Assembly: GCA_050949315.1 (NCBI GenBank)
Contig: JBMNFL010000001.1
Coordinates: 1-64,000, forward strand
Origin: Bacilli bacterium
Lineage (GTDB): Bacteria > Bacillota_I > Bacilli_A > RFN20 > UBA1709
Length of the DNA: 64,000 nucleotides
Direction of reading: 5' to 3'
The notes beneath the pieces are model-generated. The model saw only the letters and a program-made list of their open reading frames with translations. It made no database searches and was not told the DNA's origin. A program made the translations under genes and the position numbers. Shown piece by piece: positions 39,663 through 49,849 of this stretch. Positions within the stretch are counted from its first letter, which is position 1. Each line of letters starts with the position of its first letter.

Positions 39663-40607
39663 ATGGATTATGGTTATGCAATTGGTGCTATTAAAGCCAG
39701 AGAAACAAGTCTTCTAGATAAAACAAAGTTATCGAAACTTTTTCGCTGTAGCGATGAAGAGTTCCGTACTTCTTTAGTTGACATGGGCTATGGTAGCAGC
39801 AGTAATACTTTAGAAGGAATTATCACCAGTGAAATGCTCAAAACCAAGAAATTCTTGGAAACAATTACACCAGAGAGTGATGTTATGGAGCTTTTCTACT
39901 TACAAAATGATGCGCAAAACACCAAGGTTATTTATAAGGCCAAGACCTTTGGCTTACATAATGAAAATTATTTAAACACGGGTGTTATAGATACAGCCTT
40001 ATTAGCTGAAGCGATAAATAGTGGTAATTATGATCGTATTTCTGATGAATACGCACCCCTTCTTAAGAAGATTGCTGTTAAAACCGCTGGTATCAAAAAT
40101 GCCCGGGTTCTTAGTGCAACTATTGATAATTGTTTCTTTGAATACATCTTTGATAAGTTAGAAGTGGTTAAAGAAGAGGCGTTAGCTGTATACTTTGGCA
40201 CCTTCGTTAACTTAGCAAACATTCTCACACTCATTCGCTGTCAAACTCTCAATTGGGGCTTTGATAAATTCAGTGAGATGTACCTTGATTATGGTAGCAT
40301 CAAAAAAGACGATTTTCTATCCGCATACTCTTTGGCAGGTGAAGGCTTAGCAAAGCATTTCATTAAAAAAGATTACGGTGAAAAGATTTCCAAGTGTTTA
40401 AAAGATTATGTTGATAATCTAGATTTAAGCAAACTTGAGAAGTCCTTTGATGAATTGAAACTCAAAATCATGAAAGATTATAGTTTACAATTCAGTTCAG
40501 TTGGACCATTGGTCTACTATTATTTAGAAAAAGAAGCAGAAGCAAAGAATATCCGTTTGATTTATTCAAATCATGAGACAGATGTTGCTGATCTTCTGAG
40601 TTATTAG
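39663..40607 (+). CDS. ntpC: V/A-type ATPase subunit C
   Basis: IKARETSLL and KEAEAKNIRLI motifs; operon position. Confidence 0.88.
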   Translation: MDYGYAIGAIKARETSLLDKTKLSKLFRCSDEEFRTSLVDMGYGSSSNTLEGIITSEMLKTKKFLETITPESDVMELFYLQNDAQNTKVIYKAKTFGLHNENYLNTGVIDTALLAEAINSGNYDRISDEYAPLLKKIAVKTAGIKNARVLSATIDNCFFEYIFDKLEVVKEEALAVYFGTFVNLANILTLIRCQTLNWGFDKFSEMYLDYGSIKKDDFLSAYSLAGEGLAKHFIKKDYGEKISKCLKDYVDNLDLSKLEKSFDELKLKIMKDYSLQFSSVGPLVYYYLEKEAEAKNIRLIYSNHETDVADLLSY

Positions 40608-40618
40608 GAGGTAAGGCA

Positions 40619-40933
40619 ATGGAAAAAGTTCATATGGCAGCCGTCGGTTGCACAGAAGAAATCTACTTGTTCAATGCCGTAGGCATTGCAACAATACTTG
40701 CTAAGACTCCCGTAGATGCTGATCAAAAGATTTTTGAATTAGTTCAAGCTGGTTGCAAAATTATCTATTTAACGGAAGAGTTATACACCCAGATGAAGGG
40801 GACACTAGAAAAATATGCTAAGAGTGCTTTTCCCATCATCATCCCCATTCCTTCCCTAGCTGGAAGCATGGGTGTTGGTGTAAAGAAGGTCAGAAGTAAT
40901 GTCGAAAAAGCCATAGGCATGGATATTTTATAG
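40619..40933 (+). CDS. ntpG: V/A-type ATPase subunit F
   Basis: PIIIPIP and VEKAIGMDIL motifs. Confidence 0.9.
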   Translation: MEKVHMAAVGCTEEIYLFNAVGIATILAKTPVDADQKIFELVQAGCKIIYLTEELYTQMKGTLEKYAKSAFPIIIPIPSLAGSMGVGVKKVRSNVEKAIGMDIL

Positions 40934-40948
40934 AAAGGGTGACAATTA

Positions 40949-42730
40949 ATGAATGATAAAAAAGTAGGAATCATCTCTAAAGTTGCCGGACCACTAGTTC
41001 TTGCTAAAGGCATGGGAGATGTCAAATTATATGACGTCGTTCGTGTCAGTGAAAAAAGACTAATTGGTGAAGTTATCGAGTTAAGAGGCGACGTGGCCTC
41101 CATTCAGGTTTATGAAGAGACTGCTGGTTTGGGACCAGGCGAACCCGTCTATCCCACCAATGAAGCCCTCTCAGTTGAATTAGGCCCAGGTCTAATTGAA
41201 GGAATCTATGATGGTATTCAACGTCCTCTCGATATCGTTTACGAACGGGCTGGAGATAAGATTCCATTAGGTATTGAAGTGCCAAAGATTTCGCGCGAAA
41301 GAGTTTGGGAATTTACACCTGTTGCCAAGGTTGGCGATTATGTTGAAGGTGGAGACGTCCTAGGAACAGTAGTTGAAACCAAGGCGGTTTTACACAAGAT
41401 TATGGTTCCACCATACTTAAAAGGTAAACTCACTTGGGTTCACGCTGGTGGCAAGGCCAAAGTAGAAGATGTTGTCGCGAAAGTTAAAGACGAAAAGGGT
41501 AAGGTCCATGAATTGAACATGATTCAAGAATGGCCTGTTCGGGTAGCTAGACCCTACAAGAATAAATTAGCTCCCAATCAACCAATGACCACAGGACAAA
41601 GAGTTATTGATACGCTCTTCCCCATTGCTATCGGTGGTGTCGCTTGTATTCCTGGACCCTTCGGTTCTGGTAAGACCGTTGTTCAACACCAATTAGCTAA
41701 ATGGGCGGATGCTGAAATCGTTATCTTCGTCGGTTGTGGTGAACGTGGTAATGAAATGACTGACGTTTTGATGGAATTCCCCGAACTTTTCGATGAGAAG
41801 ACCGGCGATACCATTATGAAGCGGACAGTTTTAATTGCTAATACTTCCAATATGCCAGTTGCGGCGCGGGAAGCCTCAATTTACACCGGTATCACCATTG
41901 CTGAATATTTCCGGGATATGGGTTACAAAGTCGCTATCATGGCTGACTCTACCAGCCGTTGGGCTGAGGCGCTACGGGAAATGTCTTCACGGTTAGAAGA
42001 AATGCCGGGTGAAGAAGGCTATCCTGCCTATCTTGCCTCACGTCTAGCTGGCTTCTATGAGCGGGCTGGTTATGTTAGATGTTTAGGTCAAGAAGAGCGG
42101 ACCGGGGCGGTCTCAGCTATTGGTGCTGTTTCCCCAGCCGGTGGCGATACCTCTGAGCCAGTTTCCCAAGCTACGCTGAGAATTGTTAAAGTTTTCTGGG
42201 GCTTGAGTGCTAACCTTGCTCGTGCTCGTCACTTCCCAGCTATTGACTGGTTAAAATCTTACTCACTATATGAACCAACCTTGCAACCTTACTATGATGA
42301 GTTCATTAAGAAAGGTTGGTCCAAACAAGTTAGTGAAGCAAGAAGTTTATTACAAGAAGAAGCCAAATTAAACGAAATCGTGCGTTTAGTTGGTGCTGAC
42401 TCCCTTGAATTCCAAGATCGTTTAACCCTAGAAGTTGCTAGATCCATTCGTGAAGACTTCTTACACCAAATTGCCTTCCACGAAGTCGATACTTACACTT
42501 CTTTAGATAAACAATATGGAATGCTGAATATCATCTTAGATTGGTATCATCAAGGTCAAGAGGCTTTGAAAAACAATGTTTCTTACAACGATATTGCTAA
42601 GATGCCAATTAGAGAAGACATAGGTCGGGCTAAATATACCAAGGAAGAAGATTTCGCCGCTCGTTTCAAAGAAATCAAAACCAATTTAGATAAAGCCTAT
42701 GCCGAATTAAGAAAAGGAGGACAACAATAA
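40949..42730 (+). CDS. ntpA: V/A-type ATPase subunit A
   Basis: [29 protein letters not shown] and [10 protein letters not shown] motifs. Confidence 0.98.
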   Translation: MNDKKVGIISKVAGPLVLAKGMGDVKLYDVVRVSEKRLIGEVIELRGDVASIQVYEETAGLGPGEPVYPTNEALSVELGPGLIEGIYDGIQRPLDIVYERAGDKIPLGIEVPKISRERVWEFTPVAKVGDYVEGGDVLGTVVETKAVLHKIMVPPYLKGKLTWVHAGGKAKVEDVVAKVKDEKGKVHELNMIQEWPVRVARPYKNKLAPNQPMTTGQRVIDTLFPIAIGGVACIPGPFGSGKTVVQHQLAKWADAEIVIFVGCGERGNEMTDVLMEFPELFDEKTGDTIMKRTVLIANTSNMPVAAREASIYTGITIAEYFRDMGYKVAIMADSTSRWAEALREMSSRLEEMPGEEGYPAYLASRLAGFYERAGYVRCLGQEERTGAVSAIGAVSPAGGDTSEPVSQATLRIVKVFWGLSANLARARHFPAIDWLKSYSLYEPTLQPYYDEFIKKGWSKQVSEARSLLQEEAKLNEIVRLVGADSLEFQDRLTLEVARSIREDFLHQIAFHEVDTYTSLDKQYGMLNIILDWYHQGQEALKNNVSYNDIAKMPIREDIGRAKYTKEEDFAARFKEIKTNLDKAYAELRKGGQQ

Positions 42731-44109
42731 TGCCAAAAGAATATAAAACCATAAGAGAAGTTGTTGGTCCACTGATGGTCGTTGATGGCGTTGAAGGCGC
42801 CAAATATGATGAGTTGGTGCGGATTAGACAAGCCTCTGGTGAAGAAAGACTTGGTAAGGTCCTCGAAGTCAACGAAGATAAAGCTATTGTCCAATTGTTT
42901 ACCAGTTCCCAAGGTTTAAAGATTGATGATGCGAAAGCCATCTTCTTAGGTCATGGTACGGAAATCAAACTTGCGCCCGATATTCTCGGTCGGGTCTTTG
43001 ATGGTTTAGGTCGTCCAATTGATGGGGGTGGCGAATTAATCCCTGTCAAGACTGAAGATATTAATGGTGCACCATTAAATCCCGTTGCCAGAGACTATCC
43101 GGCGGAATTTATTCAAACAGGGGTAAGCGCGATTGATGGTTTAAATACCCTAGTCAGAGGACAGAAACTCCCGATTTTCTCGGCTTCAGGTTTACCACAC
43201 GCTAACTTGGCCGCTCAAGTTGCTAGACAAGCTAGGGTTTTAGGCGATAACGAACAATTCGCCGTTGTTTTCGCTGCTGTCGGTATTACCTTCGAAGAAG
43301 CTAACTTCTTTATTGAAGACTTCAAGAAATCTGGGGCCATTGAAAGATCGGTTCTTTTCATGAACCTTGCCAATGACCCAGCTATCGAAAGAATTTCTAC
43401 TCCTCGTATGGCTATTACCTGTGCCGAATACTTAGCTTATGAGCTTGGTATGCAAGTGTTGGTTATCATCACCGATATTACTAACTATGCTGAAGCTCTA
43501 CGTGAAGTTTCCGCGGCTCGTAAAGAGGTTCCTGGCCGTAGAGGATATCCTGGTTACATGTATACCGACTTAGCCTCCATTTATGAAAGAGCTGGTCGTA
43601 TTAAAGGAAAACAAGGTTCCGTTACCCAAATTCCAATTTTAACTATGCCAGAAGAAGATATTACACACCCAATTCCTGACTTAACTGGTTATATCACTGA
43701 GGGGCAAATTATCTTATCCCGTCAGCTTTATAACAAGGGCATCGTCCCACCCATTGATGTTTTACCATCATTGAGTCGTTTAAAAGATAAGGGTATTGGT
43801 GCTGGCAAGACTAGAGAAGATCACTCCGCGACGATGAACCAATTATTCGCGGCCTATGCTCGTGGTAAAGAAGCCAAAGAATTGGCCGCCATTCTTGGTG
43901 ATTCAGCCTTATCGGATGTTGATAAACTCTATAGTCAATTTGCTGGAGAATTTGAGGAAAAATATGTTTCCCAAGGTTATCATACTAACCGGCCAATCTT
44001 AGAAACTTTAACAATTGGGTGGGAATTATTAACAATTTTACCCAAAACTGAATTAAAGAGAATTGATCTAGATTTAATTGAGAAATATTATCCAAAAGTT
44101 GGTGAGTAA
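42730..44109 (+). CDS. ntpB: V/A-type ATPase subunit B
   Basis: [22 protein letters not shown] and [14 protein letters not shown] motifs. Confidence 0.98.
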   Translation: MPKEYKTIREVVGPLMVVDGVEGAKYDELVRIRQASGEERLGKVLEVNEDKAIVQLFTSSQGLKIDDAKAIFLGHGTEIKLAPDILGRVFDGLGRPIDGGGELIPVKTEDINGAPLNPVARDYPAEFIQTGVSAIDGLNTLVRGQKLPIFSASGLPHANLAAQVARQARVLGDNEQFAVVFAAVGITFEEANFFIEDFKKSGAIERSVLFMNLANDPAIERISTPRMAITCAEYLAYELGMQVLVIITDITNYAEALREVSAARKEVPGRRGYPGYMYTDLASIYERAGRIKGKQGSVTQIPILTMPEEDITHPIPDLTGYITEGQIILSRQLYNKGIVPPIDVLPSLSRLKDKGIGAGKTREDHSATMNQLFAAYARGKEAKELAAILGDSALSDVDKLYSQFAGEFEEKYVSQGYHTNRPILETLTIGWELLTILPKTELKRIDLDLIEKYYPKVGE

Positions 44110-44111
44110 AC

Positions 44112-44795
44112 ATGGCATTGATGAATGTTAATCCTACCAGAATGGTTTTACGCAATCTCAAGTTAGCCTTAGCTGCCGCTAAGAGAGGGCACAAGTTATT
44201 GAAAGATAAGCAGGATGAAATGATTCGTCAGTTTATGTTGATTATCCGTCATAACCTTGCGTTAAGAAAAGAGATTGAAAGTGAACTTGAGCGGATTATG
44301 AAAAAATTCGCTTCCGCTCAATTGACCATGAGCTATGCTGGTTTAATGGAAGCTTTGATGGTTCCTTCTAAGAGTGCAGAACTCAATGTTAGTTTGAAAT
44401 CAGTCATGGCTATTAAAACACCAGCGGTAGAGATTGCTGCCGATGATGGCAATATCGATTTAACCTACGGTTTTGCCTTCACACCAAGTGAGTTAGATGG
44501 TGCGATACTCTCTCTTTCCCGTTTGCTTCCAAAATTGATTGAGTTAGCTCAGGTTGAGAAAACCTGTGATATGCTAGCCGATGAAATTGAAAAGACGAGA
44601 AGAAGAGTTAACGCCATTGAGTATGTTATGATTCCTGATCACGAAGAAACCATTCACTTTGTTACAATGAAATTAGATGACACTGAGCGAAGTGATAGGA
44701 TTCGTTTGATGAAAGCCAAGGATATGATCCTAGCGAAAGAGGAACTAGAACAAGCTAAAGCTAAAGCACTAAAAAAAGCAGCAGCTGCCGCTTAA
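44112..44795 (+). CDS. ntpD: V/A-type ATPase subunit D
   Basis: NPTRM, RGHKLLKDK and EIEKTRRRVNAIE motifs. Confidence 0.96.
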   Translation: MALMNVNPTRMVLRNLKLALAAAKRGHKLLKDKQDEMIRQFMLIIRHNLALRKEIESELERIMKKFASAQLTMSYAGLMEALMVPSKSAELNVSLKSVMAIKTPAVEIAADDGNIDLTYGFAFTPSELDGAILSLSRLLPKLIELAQVEKTCDMLADEIEKTRRRVNAIEYVMIPDHEETIHFVTMKLDDTERSDRIRLMKAKDMILAKEELEQAKAKALKKAAAAA

Positions 44796-44824
44796 TTAGC
44801 AAAAAATAACTCAATTAAAATGTT

Positions 44825-44854
44825 AAAGCCGAGGATTTAATCCCCGGCTTTTTT
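44825..44854. terminator. Bidirectional terminator
   Basis: AAAGCCGAGGAT...ATCCCCGGCTTTTTT. Confidence 0.8.
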
Positions 44855-44856
44855 CA

Positions 44857-45360
44857 TTACTTATATTTGATGGGTGTTACAATTTGTTCCCCAAGAACGG
44901 ATACTTTTTTGATTTTTTGTTCTTTTATGGGGCGATCTTCAAGATTGGTTTTACAAGTAGCAATTTCTTCTACTACCTCCATACCCTCAAGTACGCGCCC
45001 AAAGGCGGCGTATTGACCATCAAGATGGGGACAGGCTTTATGCATAATAAAGAATTGACTACCTGCACTATTGGGCTGTTTAGAACGAGCCATAGAGATA
45101 ACACCAGCTTCATGCTTTAATTTGTTTTTAATGCCATTAGCAGAGAATTCTCCTCTAATAGTGTAGCCAGGGCCCCCAGTGCCGGTTCCAGTAGGATCGC
45201 CACCTTGAATCATAAAGTCTTTAATTACCCTATGAAAGATTAAGCCATCATAAAAACCTTGGTTAGCCAAGTAAACAAAGTTACGAGCAGTGTTGGGGGC
45301 GTTTTCATAATCCATCTGTAAGCGGATTTTTTTGCCGTTTGTCATTTCAATTACAATCAT
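44857..45360 (-). CDS. ppiB: Cyclophilin-type peptidyl-prolyl isomerase
   Basis: FHRVIKDFMIQGGDP, SMAR, SAGSQFFI and HLDGQYAAFG motifs. Confidence 0.93.
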   Translation of the reverse strand: MIVIEMTNGKKIRLQMDYENAPNTARNFVYLANQGFYDGLIFHRVIKDFMIQGGDPTGTGTGGPGYTIRGEFSANGIKNKLKHEAGVISMARSKQPNSAGSQFFIMHKACPHLDGQYAAFGRVLEGMEVVEEIATCKTNLEDRPIKEQKIKKVSVLGEQIVTPIKYK

Positions 45361-45432
45361 TTAACAAGTTCTCCTTTTTAGATATTATAGACCATTTTTA
45401 GAAAAAGTGATAACATAAAAATAGGTGATGAA

Positions 45433-45885
45433 ATGTTTAATCTTCTTAAAAAAGTTTTTGCTTCTGAACTTGTGCGTTTTTTGATTGGCGGAGCTATCAA
45501 CACCCTGATGGGAGGTATTTTATTACCTTATCTTTACGAGCAGATTTTTGGTTTGCAAATTCTCTTTGTTTTTTTGGGAACAAAGACCTATGTCAGTTTA
45601 CTAGTTGGCTATCTAATTTGGTTTAGCTTTGCCTATTTAATCCAAATAAAATTTGTCTTTCGCAGTCGTTTTGTCCTTAAGCGTTTCATCGCTTACCCCT
45701 TTACTCAAATACCTAATTTTCTAATTAATAATCTTTTCCTGCACTTTTTTAGAAACATTCTTGTCTGGCCAAGTTTAATAAGTTTTTGTTTAGCTGCGAT
45801 ATTAACGGTGCCAATTATGTTTGTTCTTGTTCGCTTTGTTGTAAAGGCTAAAGAGGTGGGCAAGAAAGAAAAAATTAAAGATTAA
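45433..45885 (+). CDS. GtrA-family 4-TM protein
   Basis: RFLIGGAINT and KFVF motifs; four TM helices. Confidence 0.8.
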   Translation: MFNLLKKVFASELVRFLIGGAINTLMGGILLPYLYEQIFGLQILFVFLGTKTYVSLLVGYLIWFSFAYLIQIKFVFRSRFVLKRFIAYPFTQIPNFLINNLFLHFFRNILVWPSLISFCLAAILTVPIMFVLVRFVVKAKEVGKKEKIKD

Positions 45886-46384
45886 AAACTTGAAAGATAC
45901 CAAAGTTTATAACGAGAATGATTAGACAAATAATTAAATCATATGCGAACACTGTTTTAGTGTTTTCTCTTTTTAAAGCCCCTAAATATTGGATGATTAG
46001 AAGCAAGATTATTTCTAAAATGAAGCCGATAAAATCATAAGGACGAGGAAGAAGAGTACTATAGTCAATATTGATTTCTTTGGCGTAGAAGAAAAGAAAC
46101 ATCTGTAGTAGAAGGGCGATGTAGATTGATAAGTAATAAGCTTTAAAATTGCGACTAGAAAGGAAAATGATAAAAAGCCCTAACGCGATACTGATATAGG
46201 CGAAAATATTATTAATAAAGATATTGTTATAGATATACCACCAAGGGCTGTCTTCTTCAATCATTGGCAACAAACAATTACAAGCGGTTAAACGAAAAAA
46301 GCAACAAGCAATAACGGCTAGTTCAAAAGTGAAGATAGCGATTCGAAAATATTTAAGGTGATTTTTAATAAGAGAATTCAACAT
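45875..46384 (-). CDS. Hypothetical multi-TM membrane protein
   Basis: About 5 hydrophobic helices; RBS AAGGAG before ATG 46384. Confidence 0.6.
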   Translation of the reverse strand: MLNSLIKNHLKYFRIAIFTFELAVIACCFFRLTACNCLLPMIEEDSPWWYIYNNIFINNIFAYISIALGLFIIFLSSRNFKAYYLSIYIALLLQMFLFFYAKEINIDYSTLLPRPYDFIGFILEIILLLIIQYLGALKRENTKTVFAYDLIICLIILVINFGIFQVFNL

Positions 46385-46560
46385 TTTTAGTCTCCTTGTG
46401 CTAACAAAACAAATTATAACATTTATTTTTAAAATTAAAATCTTTGCCAATTAAATAAAAGCCATTCTTTGTCAAAAGAGCAAATGATGTTGAAAAAAAG
46501 TCATCTAGAAAATATAATTGTAATGATGTGGTATAAAATATATGAGAGCGGAGAAGAAGA

Positions 46561-47829
46561 TTGAATAACGAAGAGAAGAAGCAGAAACATAAAAAGAAGT
46601 TAAAAAACATTTTGAATATCGGTCTGATATTCCTTTTTTCCTTTGGAGTTATCTTTTTAATTATTAAAGACGATTTTGTGGCCATTGTTGAAACTGTGCG
46701 TTCGGCCAAATGGGCTTTTATTATAATGGGCGTGGCTTTTCAGGCTTTACAGCAATTAGACGAAGGTGTAATTATTATGGTTCTTAGCCGCCATTATCGG
46801 AAAGATTATACCTTTAAAGAGGGCTTCGTTAATAATTTAGTCGGTTTGTTTTTTAGTTTTATAACCCCTTCAGCTACTGGAGGACAATTTGCCCAAGCTT
46901 ATGTTTTTACTAAGCAAGATATTAAAGTTGAACAGTCGGCATCTCTGATGATTATTAACTTTATTGCCTATGAAATGGTGCTTGTCTTGTATTGTATTTT
47001 AACTATCTCATTAAATTTTAACTTTTTAACTAACACGATTGGCAGTGTTAATCTTTGGGGATGGAACGCCAATTTTCTTATTATCGCAGGGTTAGGTTTT
47101 GTAGTTAACTTAGCTAGCATTGCCGGCATTTTATTCTTATCTTATTCCAAGGTTGCCGGGTCGGTTATCCGTTTTTTCGTTAAAATTCTAGCTAAAATTA
47201 AAATTGTTAAAAATTTAGAATATCGTAATAAAGTAATTAATCAAAAAATTGTTTCATTTAGACGAAATCTTTCGGATATTCGTCGTTATTGGCGGCGCTT
47301 TTTATTCGTTTTACTCTTGACTTTTATTAAAATGACCATTTACTTTATTGCTCCCTTCTTTGTGGCTTTAGCCTTAGGAGTTAATATTAAGTTTACTGAT
47401 ATCTTTACTATTATAACTTTAGCCTCCATTGTTACTTTGGTGGCAACTTTTGTACCTATTCCTGGAGCCAGTGGTGGTGCTGAGTTTTTCTTCTATCTGA
47501 TGTTTGCCCCGATTTTTATAGAAACCAAAATTTTATCAGCGGCGATGATTCTGTGGCGTACAATAACCTTCTATATTCCACTTGTTTACACAAGCTTAGC
47601 CACCATTGTCTTTAACCGTGATCGTAAAATCAATATGTTGGACACCATTCCCTCAGAATACCAATGGTTCTTTAGTCGCCATATGACCGACAGAATCATG
47701 GAAGCGGAAAGATATGTTGGGACTATTAGTGAAAAAGGTAGTAGGCGAGTGAGTGAATTGGCTGATGATATGCCTCGTTCTATCAAAAAGCAAGGAGAGA
47801 GCAATGAAAATCCAGAAAATCCAACTTAA
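46561..47829 (+). CDS. Lysylphosphatidylglycerol-synthase TM-domain (UPF0104, flippase-like) protein
   Basis: ITPSATGGQ, PIPGASGGAE and LWRTITFY motifs. Confidence 0.88.
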   Translation: MNNEEKKQKHKKKLKNILNIGLIFLFSFGVIFLIIKDDFVAIVETVRSAKWAFIIMGVAFQALQQLDEGVIIMVLSRHYRKDYTFKEGFVNNLVGLFFSFITPSATGGQFAQAYVFTKQDIKVEQSASLMIINFIAYEMVLVLYCILTISLNFNFLTNTIGSVNLWGWNANFLIIAGLGFVVNLASIAGILFLSYSKVAGSVIRFFVKILAKIKIVKNLEYRNKVINQKIVSFRRNLSDIRRYWRRFLFVLLLTFIKMTIYFIAPFFVALALGVNIKFTDIFTIITLASIVTLVATFVPIPGASGGAEFFFYLMFAPIFIETKILSAAMILWRTITFYIPLVYTSLATIVFNRDRKINMLDTIPSEYQWFFSRHMTDRIMEAERYVGTISEKGSRRVSELADDMPRSIKKQGESNENPENPT

Positions 47830-48394
47830 TAAAAAGGCAAGAGTTATCATTGATGGACGAGAATACAATTTTCAGGTTGAAAATTTTAAGGCTTTTAATT
47901 GGCAAGAAGGGCAAGATTTAGAAAAGGAAGAACTAGATGCTTGTCTTAAAAAGGAAGAAATATTTTTAATTCGTTTGCACTTAATCAAAGCCTTAAAGAG
48001 AAGGGATTTGAGTTCCTTTGAAGCTTACGATCTTTTGAAAGCGCGCTTTGGCGAGGAAGAGTTAATAAACTTAGTTATTGAAGAGTTTCAAAAGAAAAAT
48101 TTGATTAATGACCAAAACTATCTTGAAGAATATCTATTTAAGGGCTTAACTAAGTTTAGGGGTTTAAAGCGTTTAAGATATGAACTAGAAAATAAGGGTT
48201 TTTCCATGGAAACAATAGAGACTTTAATTGATCAAGATCATAAAATATATGAGCATGAGCAAGCTTTAAAGTTTACTCATAAACTTCTTGCTCAAGGGTT
48301 CAATCATCAAAAAATATTAAATAGACTTAGCTATGCCGGTTATGATGAAGATTTAATTGAGGAAATATTAAGTAAAGTTGCAATTCTTTATTAA
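47804..48394 (+). CDS. recX: RecX family regulator
   Basis: RRDLS..E, LIND..Y, G.KRLRYEL..KGF and L...GY motifs. Confidence 0.8.
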   Translation: MKIQKIQLNKKARVIIDGREYNFQVENFKAFNWQEGQDLEKEELDACLKKEEIFLIRLHLIKALKRRDLSSFEAYDLLKARFGEEELINLVIEEFQKKNLINDQNYLEEYLFKGLTKFRGLKRLRYELENKGFSMETIETLIDQDHKIYEHEQALKFTHKLLAQGFNHQKILNRLSYAGYDEDLIEEILSKVAILY

Positions 48395-48447
48395 GAATAT
48401 GCAGATATGTTATAATAAAATGACAAATGACAAGGAGGAACGATGAG

Positions 48448-49392
48448 ATGATTAAAGATTTTAAAGAGAATACTGAAATAGTTGAGAATCTTTTTATTAC
48501 CAATGTTGTCCGCGGTGTGACCAATAAAAATGTTCCTTATTTAAATATCACTTTTCAAGATTCTAGTGGTCAAATAGAGGGACGTAAATGGACAGTTGTT
48601 GATGAAGATGCCGATATCTTTGTTAAAAGGACGATTGTTCAAGTGACAGGACAAGTCATTAAATATAGTAATTCTTTACAAATTAAAGTAATGTCTGGTA
48701 AGAAATTAGACTTATCAGAAGAAGAAATTTATAATTTTGCCCCCGCTTCCCCCGTTGAACGGCGTTTGCTACAAAAAGAATTATTACGTTTTCTTGCGGA
48801 GATTGATAATGAGGATGTCAAAAAAGTAGTGGAATATGCCATTTCCAAAAATGAACCTTATTTTTGGACTTTCCCAGCCGCCACTAAAAACCATCACGAA
48901 TATATTTCGGGACTTTTAGAGCATACAATTGGCATGCTAAAGTGTGCTGAAGGCATTATCAAGGTTTATCCTAAACTTAATAAGAGTTTATTATATGGTG
49001 GCATTATTCTTCATGATATGGGGAAAATCCCTGAGCTAGGTGATGCTTTAGCGCCCTATTATACTGTCGCTGGTCACTTAATTGGGCATATATCCATCAT
49101 GCAGGCCGAAATCGCGGAAATCTGTCGTTTCTTAAAGGTTGATGAGGAGGTTTCTCTTTTGTTACAGCATCTGGTTTTATCTCATCACGGCTTAAAAGAA
49201 TATGGTTCCCCAGTTGTCCCCTTAACTAGAGAAGCTGAAGTTTTGGCAGCCCTTGATAATCTTGATGCCAAAATGAATATGATAGACAAGGCTTTAAATG
49301 ATGTGCCGCCAGGTGAATTTAGCGGTCGTAGTCCTGGTTTAGATAATCGACTTTTCTATCAACCGAAATTAAGTAAAAAAGAGTTAGACTAA
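48448..49392 (+). CDS. yhaM: 3'-5' exoribonuclease YhaM (OB + HD)
   Basis: PAATKNHH, LHDMGK, GH, SHHG..EYGSP and DNLDAK motifs. Confidence 0.92.
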   Translation: MIKDFKENTEIVENLFITNVVRGVTNKNVPYLNITFQDSSGQIEGRKWTVVDEDADIFVKRTIVQVTGQVIKYSNSLQIKVMSGKKLDLSEEEIYNFAPASPVERRLLQKELLRFLAEIDNEDVKKVVEYAISKNEPYFWTFPAATKNHHEYISGLLEHTIGMLKCAEGIIKVYPKLNKSLLYGGIILHDMGKIPELGDALAPYYTVAGHLIGHISIMQAEIAEICRFLKVDEEVSLLLQHLVLSHHGLKEYGSPVVPLTREAEVLAALDNLDAKMNMIDKALNDVPPGEFSGRSPGLDNRLFYQPKLSKKELD

Positions 49393-49797
49393 ACTCTTTT
49401 TTATTTCACTAGCTAATTCCAAAAATTCTTCTGGACTTAATGAATGTTTTTGAAAATCGAATTTTAAGTCATCGTTAGTAAAGCGAGGGATGACATGCAG
49501 ATGAAAATGCATAATGGCTTGTCCCGCCACTTTTTGACAGTTGTTGAGAATATTTATCCCTTTAACACCTTTTCTTTGCATTTGGGCTTGAGCAATCTTT
49601 TGCGCAACTTTCATAAGGTGAGCAAGCAGGGGTGCGGGAATTTCTAAAAGACTAGGGTAATGCTCTTTACATACAACTAAAGTATGGCCTAGTGTTGCTT
49701 GGGAAATGTCTAGAAAAGCTAAACACTGATCATCTTCATAGACCGAGTAACAAGGAATTTCCTTGTTGACAATCGTACAAAATAAACAGTCACGCAT
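49384..49797 (-). CDS. hit: HIT family protein
   Basis: CLFC, GHTLV and HFHLHVIPR motifs. Confidence 0.93.
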   Translation of the reverse strand: MRDCLFCTIVNKEIPCYSVYEDDQCLAFLDISQATLGHTLVVCKEHYPSLLEIPAPLLAHLMKVAQKIAQAQMQRKGVKGINILNNCQKVAGQAIMHFHLHVIPRFTNDDLKFDFQKHSLSPEEFLELASEIKKSLV

Positions 49798-49849
49798 CTT
49801 TTTAAATCCTCCTTAAAATTTTTAAAAAAGGAAGCATTAAGCTCCCCTT

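Noticed and set aside
40949-42730. Intein in V/A-ATPase subunit A
   Set aside because: The length is normal (593 aa) and the sequence after Walker A is uninterrupted.
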